Of a DNA stretch of 64,000 bases, positions 52,589 to 62,307 are shown one piece after another. The position numbers and the translations under genes are program-made. How positions within the stretch are numbered: position 1 is the first letter of the stretch; each line of letters begins with the position of its first letter. The notes beneath the pieces were generated by a model. The model saw only the letters and a program-made list of their open reading frames with translations, was not told the DNA's origin and made no database searches. This stretch comes from an uncultured bacterium (GTDB lineage Bacteria > Krumholzibacteriota > Krumholzibacteriia > LZORAL124-64-63), in contig CAVSGO010000007.1 in NCBI GenBank assembly GCA_963727525.1, positions 1,376,001-1,440,000 on the forward strand, written 5' to 3'.

Positions 52589-53742
52589 GGCGCACCGCCC
52601 GCGGCGAGGGTCTCCACCGCCAGCGCCACGTTGTCCCACGAATACCGTGCCTTCTCGCGCGCCACCGCCGCGGCGAAGGCCGTGGCGTGCTGCTCGTCGA
52701 AGAAGCGCACCACCGCCTGCGCCAGGGCGCCGGCATCGCCTGGCGGCACGATGAATCCCGTCTCGCCGTCCTTGACCACTTCGGGCAATCCGCCCACGCG
52801 CGTGGTGACGACGGGCCGGTCGTAGTTATAGGCGATCTGTACGATACCGCTCTGCGTGGCCGATACGTAGGGCAGCACCACGAGGTCCGCGGCCTGGAAG
52901 TAGTCCTCGATCTGGTCGTCGGGCACGTAGCGGTCGACCAGGTCGATCACGTCGGCCGCCCCGCTGGCCGCGATCCTCTCGCGATACGGCAGGGCATCGC
53001 CGTAGATATCGCCCACGATGAGCACGCGCACGCCATCGCGCCCATAGCGCGCGCGCAGCAGCGGCGCGGCATCGATGAGATGGGGCACGCCCTTGTACGG
53101 CTTGATGAACCCGAAATACAGCACGATGTGTGCGTCGTGCGGCAACCCGAGAGCCGCGCGCGCCTCGGTGCGGCTCTTGCGCGGCCGCCCGGGCACGCCG
53201 AAGTCGTACACGGGGTGCGGCGCCGTGATCACCGCCCCGGGCGCCGTACGGGGTAACAGCGCCAGCAATTCCTGCCGCACCTGCTCGCTCTGTGCCACGA
53301 AGCCATGGCTGCGTCTCAGGGCTTCCCGCGTGAAGTACCGCCCGAGCGGATAGGACTCGTGCGGCACCACGTTGTGCAGGATCGTGACCACCCGCGCCCG
53401 CTTGCGCACGCGCTGCAGTACCCCGATGTAGCCTGGCGCGAAGAACGGGATCCAGTACTGCAGGAGCACCGCGTCGGGATGCCAGTCGATGATGTCCTGC
53501 GCCGTCTGCCACCAGCTCAGCGGCGACCACGGCACGAACCGCGGCTGATTGGGCCGCTGCAACCAATGCGCCGTCTGCCCGCGCTGGTCGGTCCCGGGAA
53601 AGAGGAACCGTGGATACTGCTTGCAGAAACTCGACCAGAACAGCTCGTGGCCGCGCCCCTCGAGCGTCCGGTACAGCATCGCTTGATGCGTGACGATCCC
53701 GCCCCGAAACGGCGGCGCGGGTCCCAGCATGGCCAGACGCAT
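52585..53742 (-). CDS. Glycosyltransferase family 4
   Basis: FGFIKPYKG, LPYVSATQSG, VVTTRVGGLPEVV. Confidence 0.93.
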   Translation of the reverse strand: MRLAMLGPAPPFRGGIVTHQAMLYRTLEGRGHELFWSSFCKQYPRFLFPGTDQRGQTAHWLQRPNQPRFVPWSPLSWWQTAQDIIDWHPDAVLLQYWIPFFAPGYIGVLQRVRKRARVVTILHNVVPHESYPLGRYFTREALRRSHGFVAQSEQVRQELLALLPRTAPGAVITAPHPVYDFGVPGRPRKSRTEARAALGLPHDAHIVLYFGFIKPYKGVPHLIDAAPLLRARYGRDGVRVLIVGDIYGDALPYRERIAASGAADVIDLVDRYVPDDQIEDYFQAADLVVLPYVSATQSGIVQIAYNYDRPVVTTRVGGLPEVVKDGETGFIVPPGDAGALAQAVVRFFDEQHATAFAAAVAREKARYSWDNVALAVETLAAGGAP

Positions 53743-53939
53743 GTCCACCTCCGCGCATCCTTCTGCGCCCCAGCAAGGTACCGCATCGCTCACGCCCCGC
53801 CAAGCTCGGGGGCCACCTCGACGATGTCGAGATGGGGAGGCGTCACGTCGGTTGCAGATTCGATAATGGTGCGATATGCTCCCGTTTCATTGGCGCGCCC
53901 TCGCATCGTCGAGGCGCAGCACCCGTGAAAGGACGATCC

Positions 53940-54947
53940 ATGCGGAAAGACAGGAACCAGGCATCCGACGCCCGGTCCGTGGCGGTGGGCCGAACTCCGG
54001 GCCCGCTCGGAATGGGCGATCGCGGCGCCGCTCGTGGACGCGATGCCCAGGCGCCCGCGAATCGCTCTGCATCCGACGTCGAACATCGGCACCACTTCCG
54101 CTACTGGTCCCCGGTCGAAAAATCGCAGGGCTTCGACCAGGGATCGATGCGCCGGAGCCAGTGGCAACTCGTGCCTCTTGGGAGTTCTCGCGAGGTCGAA
54201 CTCTGGTTCGATCGCGTGCGTGAGAAGGTCGTGTTCAGCGCCGATCCGGACGTGGTCTCCGTCTCGGAGGATGGCGATCGGTATGTCCTGCGCGGTCAGC
54301 GAGAGGGGACGTCGAGCATCCACGCCGCGAATCGGCGCGGTATCTGCTGGAGCGCCCTGCTCGTCACCGTGCGCCAGAGGCTCCGGGCGCCGATCGCGTT
54401 CCACTTCCTCCAGGATCGCTCGCGGCAGACGAGGCGGACGCCGGGCGAGGTGGCGCCGATGCTTGCGCGGGTGAACGAGATCCTGGTCCCGCAGACGTGC
54501 GTGTCATTCGCACAGCAGCCCGTCGGGGCCCCCCGCTTTCATGTCGACGCGGATCTGGGCGATGCGCTGGATCCCGAGGCGCCGGAGATCGCCACGCTCT
54601 GCGCCGCGCGTATCGCCAAGCTCCAGACATTCGGCGCCGTAAACGTGTTCTTCGTCTGGCGGGTCCAGTCGATCGGTTCCGACGCCGTCGGCGCCCAGAC
54701 CCTGGACAACGGTATCTGCTTCTTCGGCGATGGCGGCGGCAAGAATACGGGTCGGCGACTGGCGCACGAACTCGGCCACCATCTCACGAAGTTCGACCGC
54801 ACCGCCCTCTACGGCGATGACGAGGGTCACGCGAAGGATCCGGGCGCGCTCATGGATCCCCTCGCCACCGGGACCGCGATCTCGCGCGCCGAAGCCGACG
54901 TCATGTACCGTACGGCCAGGGAGACCGGAGCGAATCCGGTAAGGTGA
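53940..54947 (+). CDS. Putative zinc metalloprotease (metzincin-like)
   Basis: LAHELGHHL...GH..DPGALM (HExxH plus Met-turn). Start uncertain. Confidence 0.65.
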   Translation: MRKDRNQASDARSVAVGRTPGPLGMGDRGAARGRDAQAPANRSASDVEHRHHFRYWSPVEKSQGFDQGSMRRSQWQLVPLGSSREVELWFDRVREKVVFSADPDVVSVSEDGDRYVLRGQREGTSSIHAANRRGICWSALLVTVRQRLRAPIAFHFLQDRSRQTRRTPGEVAPMLARVNEILVPQTCVSFAQQPVGAPRFHVDADLGDALDPEAPEIATLCAARIAKLQTFGAVNVFFVWRVQSIGSDAVGAQTLDNGICFFGDGGGKNTGRRLAHELGHHLTKFDRTALYGDDEGHAKDPGALMDPLATGTAISRAEADVMYRTARETGANPVR

Positions 54948-55041
54948 CTCCGTTTTCGTGACTTCCCCCCCGCGTCCTGGTCCCGTAACGTATCCAGGTA
55001 CGCTCGCCAAGCTCAGCGCCGCATCTGACCGGGAGGCTCTC

Positions 55042-57498
55042 GTGCGTTCCACCCGCACCGTCCTCGTCGCCCTCTGTCTGCTGATCACGATCCCGATGCT
55101 CGCCCCGTGGGCCCGCGCCGCCGCGTCGGATCTCTCCGACGCGGTCGTGGACTGGAATCACGAGGATTGGCGGCTCGACCGGGCCATGCTCGTGAGGGTC
55201 TTCCTCTACCAGTCCGTCGCCACGTCCGATGCATGGGCCGACTACCAGCTTGCCGTCCACACGCCCGCGGGCATCGACTCGCTCACGGCCGACCAGTTCC
55301 GCGGCGCGCCGGCGCCGTTGCGGCTCGACCGCAGCCGGAAGGCGTGGCAGGAAGTGCGCAAGGGGATCCTCGCGGTGTACGATCCCGCGTCGCAGCTCGT
55401 CCAGGCGGCGCAGGAGAACGAGCAGCCATGTCTGGCGGGGTCGTGCCCACCACCCGCGTCGATGGGTGTGGGGGTCACGCGGGCGCTCGCGCACTTCACG
55501 CGGGCGGTGGCGCTGGATCCCACGAACGTCGTCGCGTGGTACCACCTCGGGTACTTTTTGGGCCTGGTAGGCGACACCGAGCGGGCCCATCTCGCCCGCA
55601 TGACCTTCCTCGCCCAGCTTGCCGACCTGCCAGGGGACGAGCAGAAGACGCTCGTCACGCTTCGCACACGCGCCGTGCTCGACGAGGCGTGGGGGCTACG
55701 CGAGGCGGGGCGTTTCGATGATTGCGAGGCGTGGCTGACCGAGCACATGCCCTACTCGGCGAAGAAGGTGGAGGGCGTGGCACCCGTCCACGAAGCGCGG
55801 CTGCTGCAGGCGTTGTGCGCCGCCGAGCAGGGGCGCTGGATCGAGGCCCGCGAGCTGGGCAACAACTTACCAATGCTCGAGGTGCCCGTGCGCAGCTTCG
55901 TGGCCTGGCAATTGCCTGCCACGTCGGCCGGACCGGGGCTGAGCAGCTATAGCCCCGAGGCGTATGACAACATCACGGACGCCAACGTCGACATCATGCG
56001 ACTGAACTTCAACAAGCTCGCGTGGGAGCGGCGCGAGAACGACATGCTGCGCCGCTGGGTGCAGGTATGGTCGGCCTTCGCGGCGGGACGCGAGGACGAG
56101 GCGCGTCGCCTGATCGGCGAGCCGACCTGGGATCTGGAGTATCCTCCCGGTCTCGGCGCGCGCTGGTGGCAGGACCAGGGAACGATCCTCGAGGCCCTCG
56201 GCGAGCATGACCTCGCCCAGCGCTGCTACGGGCGCGCGGCGGTATACCACCCCTACTTCATCTACTTCCCGCTCGAGTCGGTACGGGGTATTCCCGAGGT
56301 TCACGGCGTCAGGGATACGGGTGCCGACTACATGCTGGCCTACCGGACGTTCTTCGTCGCCGGGAGCATCTTCAGCTACGCCGCCAACGCGGCGCTGGCG
56401 TGCGAGGCCGAGCTGCCGGGCCCCGCCCGCGACCTGGTATTCAACATCGCCCTGTCGGGGCTCGACGCGTGCCGTCGTCGGCACATCCATCCCACCGACG
56501 CGCTCGCGCTGCGGGGCCGCCTGCGCTTCTTGCAGGAGAACTACACCGCCGCGCAGAGCGACCTCGAGACGGCGCACGCCGAGCTGAGCGAGGCCGGCCG
56601 CGAGGATGGCCAGGTGCAGCTCATGCTCGGACTGGTGCACTTCAACGATCACGACTTCACGGGCGCGATCCCCTGGCTGCGCCGCTTCACGGAGCTGTCG
56701 CCGGACGCCGCCATCGGCTGGCGTACGCTCGGCCTCGCGTTTGCTTACAGCGGGCAGGACACGGAAGCGCTCGCGGCCATCGACAAAGCGGTGGTCCTGG
56801 AGCCGGACGCGCCCTCGGGTCTCTATAACCGCGGCCTGCTGCATTACCGTGCCGGCGAGCGCGACCTCGCCACGGCCGACTTCGCGCGCGCCCACGATCT
56901 GCTGCCAGACAATCCCCAGATCACCCAGATGCTCGAAGCCGCGCGCTCCGGTCCTCTGCAGAAGCTCGAGCTCACCCCCTCGCCCGTGCGCCTGGAGATG
57001 AGCGCGCAGGAGCGCGCCGCGGTGGCGCGGGCGCGGCAAGCCTCCAAGGTGGGCGTGGCCGCGGCGGCCACCGACCTGGGCGCCCTCGCACCCGACGAGC
57101 GGCAACCTGTGCTGCAGCGCCTGCAGGCTGAGTACGCGAAGGAGCCCAGCCCGGCGCGGCGCGACGAGCTGGCCTGGACGGCGCTCACCGCCGATCGCGC
57201 GGACGTCACGCAACGACTCCTTAGCCCGCTCTGGCCCGACAAGCTGACGCGGGACGAGCTGATGTTGCTGCTACAGGCCGACCGCCGACGCGGCGAGGCG
57301 AAGCGCGCATCGGCGCTCGTCGCCACGTTGCCGCGAGGCACCGAGCGCTGGACCGATCCGTCAATCTGGTCCCTCGCCGCGGCCATCGCCCTGGACATCG
57401 ACAACCGAGATCTGGCGCGGCAGGCGCTCGAGGCGGCGCTGCGGCTGGCGCCCGACAACATGACGTTGAAGGCCCAGCTCGATCGGCTGAAGAACTGA
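55042..57498 (+). CDS. Secreted tetratricopeptide repeat protein
   Basis: Signal peptide and multiple TPR units (AVALDPTN, LEPDAP..LYNRG, LRLAPDN). Confidence 0.85.
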   Translation: MRSTRTVLVALCLLITIPMLAPWARAAASDLSDAVVDWNHEDWRLDRAMLVRVFLYQSVATSDAWADYQLAVHTPAGIDSLTADQFRGAPAPLRLDRSRKAWQEVRKGILAVYDPASQLVQAAQENEQPCLAGSCPPPASMGVGVTRALAHFTRAVALDPTNVVAWYHLGYFLGLVGDTERAHLARMTFLAQLADLPGDEQKTLVTLRTRAVLDEAWGLREAGRFDDCEAWLTEHMPYSAKKVEGVAPVHEARLLQALCAAEQGRWIEARELGNNLPMLEVPVRSFVAWQLPATSAGPGLSSYSPEAYDNITDANVDIMRLNFNKLAWERRENDMLRRWVQVWSAFAAGREDEARRLIGEPTWDLEYPPGLGARWWQDQGTILEALGEHDLAQRCYGRAAVYHPYFIYFPLESVRGIPEVHGVRDTGADYMLAYRTFFVAGSIFSYAANAALACEAELPGPARDLVFNIALSGLDACRRRHIHPTDALALRGRLRFLQENYTAAQSDLETAHAELSEAGREDGQVQLMLGLVHFNDHDFTGAIPWLRRFTELSPDAAIGWRTLGLAFAYSGQDTEALAAIDKAVVLEPDAPSGLYNRGLLHYRAGERDLATADFARAHDLLPDNPQITQMLEAARSGPLQKLELTPSPVRLEMSAQERAAVARARQASKVGVAAAATDLGALAPDERQPVLQRLQAEYAKEPSPARRDELAWTALTADRADVTQRLLSPLWPDKLTRDELMLLLQADRRRGEAKRASALVATLPRGTERWTDPSIWSLAAAIALDIDNRDLARQALEAALRLAPDNMTLKAQLDRLKN

Positions 57499-57507
57499 GC
57501 GTGTGAA

Positions 57508-58395
57508 CTACCGCGTGGAGTCGGGGAGGGCGGCGAGGGCGGCGCCGGCAGCGGCGTCGAGGTCGGGCGGCAAACCGAGGGCGCGCGCCGATGAGAAGGC
57601 GTCGCGGGCCTGGACCGGGTTGCGCAACGCCCGGTGCAGCACGCCCAGATCGTAGAGCACGCGCGCCGACGCTGTCGCATCCGGCGCCTGCTCCAGCGCC
57701 CGCATCAGGATGTCGAGAGCCTCGAAGTCATGTCCGGCGACCTGCCGGTCCTGGGCTTGCCGCCGCAGGTCCCTCACGCTGGCGCGGTCGGCGGCGAACC
57801 GCGTGGTATCAGCGTCGACCGTCGCCGTCGGTCCCGTGAGGCGGCGCAGCAACAGCGCGGCCACCGCGTCGCCACGGTCACCGAGCAGCGCGGCCCGGCA
57901 GTGGTCGATCGCCCCGGCACGGTCTCCCGCCGCGTATGCCTCGAGAGCGCGATTCACGTGGTACGAGTACGCGCGGACGTTCAGGTCCCTGGGCGGCCCC
58001 CAGGCCGAGATCGTGAAGACACCGCCCGTCGATCCCGCCGTCAGCACGGCGCTGAGCGACTCGCCCTCGCCCCAGGGTACGGACACCTCGTGCCGCGTCT
58101 CCCCGCGCCCGTCGTAGAGCAGGCTTCCGTCGGTCAGGCGCAGCACGTTCAGGTTCGACGGTGTCCGGTTGCTCTCCACGAGCAGCGACCAGCGGCGCAC
58201 GGGGAGCTGCGGGAAGTCGAAATGCAATGCCGCGGCCTCGCCCGGGGCGAGAGTGACGGTTTCCGAGGTCCAGGAGACGAGCCCCGGCGGTCCGCCGGCG
58301 GCCTGGAGGCTGCCGACCTGCAATACGATGGCGAGGCAAAGGCTCAACCGGCACGCCTCTTGCCAGGAGCGGTGCCGGGAAGCGGAGCGTGTCAT
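57508..58395 (-). CDS. Secreted protein with an N-terminal beta domain and C-terminal TPR-like helices
   Basis: Hydrophobic signal followed by a beta-rich region and TPR-like LYDLG..H. Start uncertain. Confidence 0.6.
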   Translation of the reverse strand: MTRSASRHRSWQEACRLSLCLAIVLQVGSLQAAGGPPGLVSWTSETVTLAPGEAAALHFDFPQLPVRRWSLLVESNRTPSNLNVLRLTDGSLLYDGRGETRHEVSVPWGEGESLSAVLTAGSTGGVFTISAWGPPRDLNVRAYSYHVNRALEAYAAGDRAGAIDHCRAALLGDRGDAVAALLLRRLTGPTATVDADTTRFAADRASVRDLRRQAQDRQVAGHDFEALDILMRALEQAPDATASARVLYDLGVLHRALRNPVQARDAFSSARALGLPPDLDAAAGAALAALPDSTR

Positions 58396-58541
58396 GTCGT
58401 CGCAAGTCATTCCCGGGCCTCGCGGTGGAGCCGGCATTGCCTCGCCGGTGAACTGCGGCTAGACTCCAGCTCAGCATAAGACGCGAGCCGGGACGCGACA
58501 AGCGCGACGCCTCGCTCGCCCCGATCCGGGAGGAGATCTCC

Positions 58542-59579
58542 GTGCCGCACCGCTCGCGACTCGTACTGATCGTGATGACCATCGCCGTCGGCGCCACGTG
58601 CGCCCTGGCGGACGATGCGGCCATGGCGCCTCAGTCAGCCGACGTCACGGTGACGATCACCAATGGCACCACCGGCAAGCCCGGCACCGCCGATCGTGTG
58701 GAAGTGCGCGAGATCGGCTACGCCATGCGGTTGCTGGCCTCGGCCGACAACGTGAAGGGCCAGATCGTGTTCCCGAACGTCGAGCTGCTGAGCTTCCGGC
58801 CCTATCTCGCCACCGCTATCCGCAACGGCGTCCCTTATCAGGCGCGTATGAACGGCCAGAACTTCCTCGACGGCGAGGCACTCACGGTCTACGTCTTCGA
58901 CGAGACCGACGACCTCGATGGCGTCACGATCACGGGGTTGAACGCCGTCCTGCGCCGCCGCGGCGCGGGCTACGAACTCGAGTACGTGATGACGATCGAG
59001 AACAAGATGCGCCCGCAGAAGACGGTGAGCGCCGCCGCTGTCCCCGTGCGGATGCTCATGCCCGCCGGCGTCGCCAACCTGCAGGGACAGGTCTTTCGCG
59101 GACCCGAATCGGAGCCCATCACGCTGCAGGCCACCGCGGACGGTTTCACCGGCTCTGCCATCGCATTGCCGCCTGGCGGCACCCGCATCACCGCCACCGG
59201 CTTCCTCGCCGCCGCGGGCAAGGCGCACGTCGACATCGCCTGCAATCTGCCCGTCGAGGCCTGGAGCCTGCTGGTCTCTCCTCAGGACCTCGTCGTGGCC
59301 TGTGCCGAACTGAATCGCAACAACGACGACGAGTACCCCACCTATACCCGCTACCGCGGGGCCGCCCTGGCGGCCGGCCAGCGGGTCCCCGTGGACGTGA
59401 ACGTGGCCCCCGGGGTCGGCCAGGCGACGGACGTCTTCGCCGGCGCCGACACCGGCACCACGCCCGCCGGCGCCCTGCCTTCTACCGGCGACGATGCCGA
59501 TGGGGGCTTCCCCTGGGCCGTGATCCTGGGCGTGAGCGTCGCCCTGGTCGCCTTCGGTATCTGGCGCCGTAGCAGATAG
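58542..59579 (+). CDS. Hypothetical exported protein with a C-terminal membrane anchor
   Basis: Signal peptide, ITNGTTG, beta-rich body, C-terminal TM helix followed by RRSR. Confidence 0.72.
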   Translation: MPHRSRLVLIVMTIAVGATCALADDAAMAPQSADVTVTITNGTTGKPGTADRVEVREIGYAMRLLASADNVKGQIVFPNVELLSFRPYLATAIRNGVPYQARMNGQNFLDGEALTVYVFDETDDLDGVTITGLNAVLRRRGAGYELEYVMTIENKMRPQKTVSAAAVPVRMLMPAGVANLQGQVFRGPESEPITLQATADGFTGSAIALPPGGTRITATGFLAAAGKAHVDIACNLPVEAWSLLVSPQDLVVACAELNRNNDDEYPTYTRYRGAALAAGQRVPVDVNVAPGVGQATDVFAGADTGTTPAGALPSTGDDADGGFPWAVILGVSVALVAFGIWRRSR

Positions 59580-59696
59580 TTGCAGCGTCGGTTGCAGACA
59601 TCTCCATAAGAGATATTGTCGCCTCCCTTGATCTAAGGGTATACTAGTCTGGCCCTTGCACCCGTAAGCCCCCTCCTGCCACAAGGAGTTCCCCAC

Positions 59697-62177
59697 ATGC
59701 ACTGGCGTCTGCTGAAGATCGCCCTGCCGGCGATCGCGCTCGTCGTGATCGCGTCGGCCGGAGCCGCTACTGTCATCCCCACGTCCCAGCTCCAGTCCGT
59801 CCAGCCCCTTTCCAGTGTCGCACGCCTCGACCTGCCCCCGGTCGACATCGCCGCCGCCAAGGCGGAGGACGCCGGCGCCAAGGACGCGCCGCCGCGCTTC
59901 GCCCTGGCGGAGAAGGTCGACATCACGCCCGACAACGCCGGCACGTGGGAATCGCTTCCCGATCCCGACACCCTGCTCTGGCGTCTGCACGTCACGGCGC
60001 CGAACGCGCTCTCGCTCAATCTCGGCTTCGATCGGTTCTGGTTGCCGAAGTCGACGCGCCTGGTGGTGTATCCCGTCGACGGCGACATGACCACGGCGCG
60101 GGTCTTCAACGAATTCGACAACCGCGACGGCGGCCAGATGTGGACGCCCGTGGTGCTGGGCAGCGACATCGTCATCGAGCTGACACTGCCCGCCGAGTTC
60201 CGCCACAACTTCGCCCTGCACATCGCGAGCATCAACAAGGGCTACCGCGTCTTCGGCGAGCAGCCCAGCGAGAAGTCGGGCGCCTGCAACATCGATGTCG
60301 TGTGCCCCGAGGGCGACGACTGGCGCGGCGAGATCAACGCCAACGGCGTCTACACCGTCAACGGCACCTGGTATTGCTCCGGCTCGATGGTGAACAACAC
60401 CGCCGATGACGGCACGCCGTACTTCCTGACGGCGTACCACTGCGGTGTCACGTCGAGCAACGCGGGCGGCGTGGTGATCTACTGGAACTTCCAGAGCCCC
60501 ACCTGCGGCCAGCACGGCGGCGGTTCCCTCGCCGATTACAGCTCGGGCACCATCTTCCGCGCGCGCTACTCGACCAGCGACTTCTGCCTCCTCGAGCTGC
60601 AGCAGGCGCCGGATCCCGCGTGGAATGTCACCTTCAATGGCTGGGACCGCACCAGCAACGACCCCACGTCAGCGGTGGCGATCCACCACCCGAACTGCGA
60701 CGAGAAGAGCATCAGCTTCGAGTATGACCCCACGTCGACCACCAGCTACCTCGGCACGAGCAGCCCGGGCGACGGCACCCACATCCGTATCACCGACTGG
60801 GACCTCGGCACCACCGAGCCCGGCAGCAGCGGCTCGCCGCTCTACGACCAGAACCACCATCTCGTGGGTCAGCTCCACGGCGGCTATGCCGCGTGCGGCA
60901 ACGACCTGTCCGACTACTACGGCCGCTTCTCGCTGAGCTGGACCGGCGGCGGCAGTGCGACCTCCCGCCTGAGCGACTGGCTCGATCCGATCGGTACGGC
61001 GCCCAGCAGTATCGATCTCTACGATCCCAACGCCACCGGCATGGCCGTCACCCCGTTCGCGGCCCTCGACAGCCAGGGCAACCATGGCGGCCCGTTCACA
61101 CCGTCGTCGAAGACGTACTCGGTGATCAACCAGGGCGACGCAGCGTTCACCTTCGCCGTGACCGTCGACCAGCCCTGGGTCTCGATCTCGGGCGGCTCGG
61201 GCTCGCTGACGCCCGGCAACAGCGCCGACGTTGTCGTCTCGCTCAACGGTGCGGCCAATGCGCTACCCAACGGCACCTACACGGCGTCTGTGAGCTTCGT
61301 CAACCAGACCAACGGCGACGGCGACACCACCCGCGCGGCGCACCTGCAGGTCGGCGTGCCCGAGGTCGTCTACAGCTTCCCGCTGGACAGCGACCCCGGC
61401 TGGACGACGGAGGGCCAGTGGGCATGGGGCCATCCCACCGGCGGCAACGGTGACCATGGCAGTCCCGACCCTACCAACGGCTACACCGGCAGCTATGTCA
61501 TGGGCTACAACCTCACGGGCGGCTACACGAACGACCTGCCCGAGTACAGCGTGACCACCGGCGCCATCGACTGCTCCCAGCTCCAAGCGGTGTCGGTACG
61601 CTTCCGCCGCTGGCTCGGCGTGGAGCAGCCGGCGTACGATCACGCGTACGTCAGGGTGAGCAATGACGGCTCGAACTGGACCACCGTGTGGGAAAACGGC
61701 GCCGAGATTTCCGACACGGCCTGGCAGCTCGTGGAGTACGACATCAGCGCCATCGCCGATGGCCACGCCACCGTGTACCTGCGCTGGACCATGGGCACCA
61801 CGGATGGCAGCTGGACATTCTGCGGATGGAACCTCGACGACGTCGAGATCCTCGGCCTGCAGCCGCAGGGCCAGACACCTGTGGAGGACACGCCCGCGCT
61901 GGCCACCGCGCTGCGCGGCGCCGCGCCCAACCCGTTCAACCCGAAGACCGACGTGCACTTCGACGTCGCGCGCGCCGGCCACACCACGCTCGCGATCTTC
62001 GACGCCCGCGGCCAGCGCGTACGCGTGCTCGTGGACGCGGAGCTGCCGGCCGGCTCGCACACCGTGCCCTGGGATGGCACCGACGCCCAGGGCCGCCGTG
62101 TCGGCAGCGGCGTGTACTTCCTGCGCCTCGCCGCCGGCGACGTGCACGACGTCAGCAAGGTCGTCATGGTGAAGTAG
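59697..62177 (+). CDS. Lysyl endopeptidase-like (Achromobacter protease I-type, S1) multidomain secreted protease with a C-terminal FlgD-Ig domain
   Basis: TAYHC, DFCLLEL and GSSGSPL triad; BACON/Ig-like and jelly-roll domains; PNPFNP...WDGTD...SGVYF tail. Confidence 0.9.
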   Translation: MHWRLLKIALPAIALVVIASAGAATVIPTSQLQSVQPLSSVARLDLPPVDIAAAKAEDAGAKDAPPRFALAEKVDITPDNAGTWESLPDPDTLLWRLHVTAPNALSLNLGFDRFWLPKSTRLVVYPVDGDMTTARVFNEFDNRDGGQMWTPVVLGSDIVIELTLPAEFRHNFALHIASINKGYRVFGEQPSEKSGACNIDVVCPEGDDWRGEINANGVYTVNGTWYCSGSMVNNTADDGTPYFLTAYHCGVTSSNAGGVVIYWNFQSPTCGQHGGGSLADYSSGTIFRARYSTSDFCLLELQQAPDPAWNVTFNGWDRTSNDPTSAVAIHHPNCDEKSISFEYDPTSTTSYLGTSSPGDGTHIRITDWDLGTTEPGSSGSPLYDQNHHLVGQLHGGYAACGNDLSDYYGRFSLSWTGGGSATSRLSDWLDPIGTAPSSIDLYDPNATGMAVTPFAALDSQGNHGGPFTPSSKTYSVINQGDAAFTFAVTVDQPWVSISGGSGSLTPGNSADVVVSLNGAANALPNGTYTASVSFVNQTNGDGDTTRAAHLQVGVPEVVYSFPLDSDPGWTTEGQWAWGHPTGGNGDHGSPDPTNGYTGSYVMGYNLTGGYTNDLPEYSVTTGAIDCSQLQAVSVRFRRWLGVEQPAYDHAYVRVSNDGSNWTTVWENGAEISDTAWQLVEYDISAIADGHATVYLRWTMGTTDGSWTFCGWNLDDVEILGLQPQGQTPVEDTPALATALRGAAPNPFNPKTDVHFDVARAGHTTLAIFDARGQRVRVLVDAELPAGSHTVPWDGTDAQGRRVGSGVYFLRLAAGDVHDVSKVVMVK

Positions 62178-62195
62178 ATCGATCGAGTATCGGTA

Positions 62196-62235
62196 GGGCA
62201 CGACCCCGGGGCTCAGGCTCCGGGGTCGCGCCTTT
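62196..62235 (+). terminator. Hairpin terminator after the protease
   Basis: cgaccccggggc/gctccggggtcg stem with a short T-run. Confidence 0.6.
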
Positions 62236-62307
62236 ACGGATCAGGCTGCGGATCCTATGCTCGGCCGGACGGCGATGGGCGCCGTCGTACCGGGAGAGGA
62301 CAACCTC

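Noticed and set aside
53891-53905. Sigma-54 promoter-like TGGCGC...CGCA upstream of the metalloprotease
   Set aside because: GG-to-GC spacing is one base short of the -24/-12 consensus.
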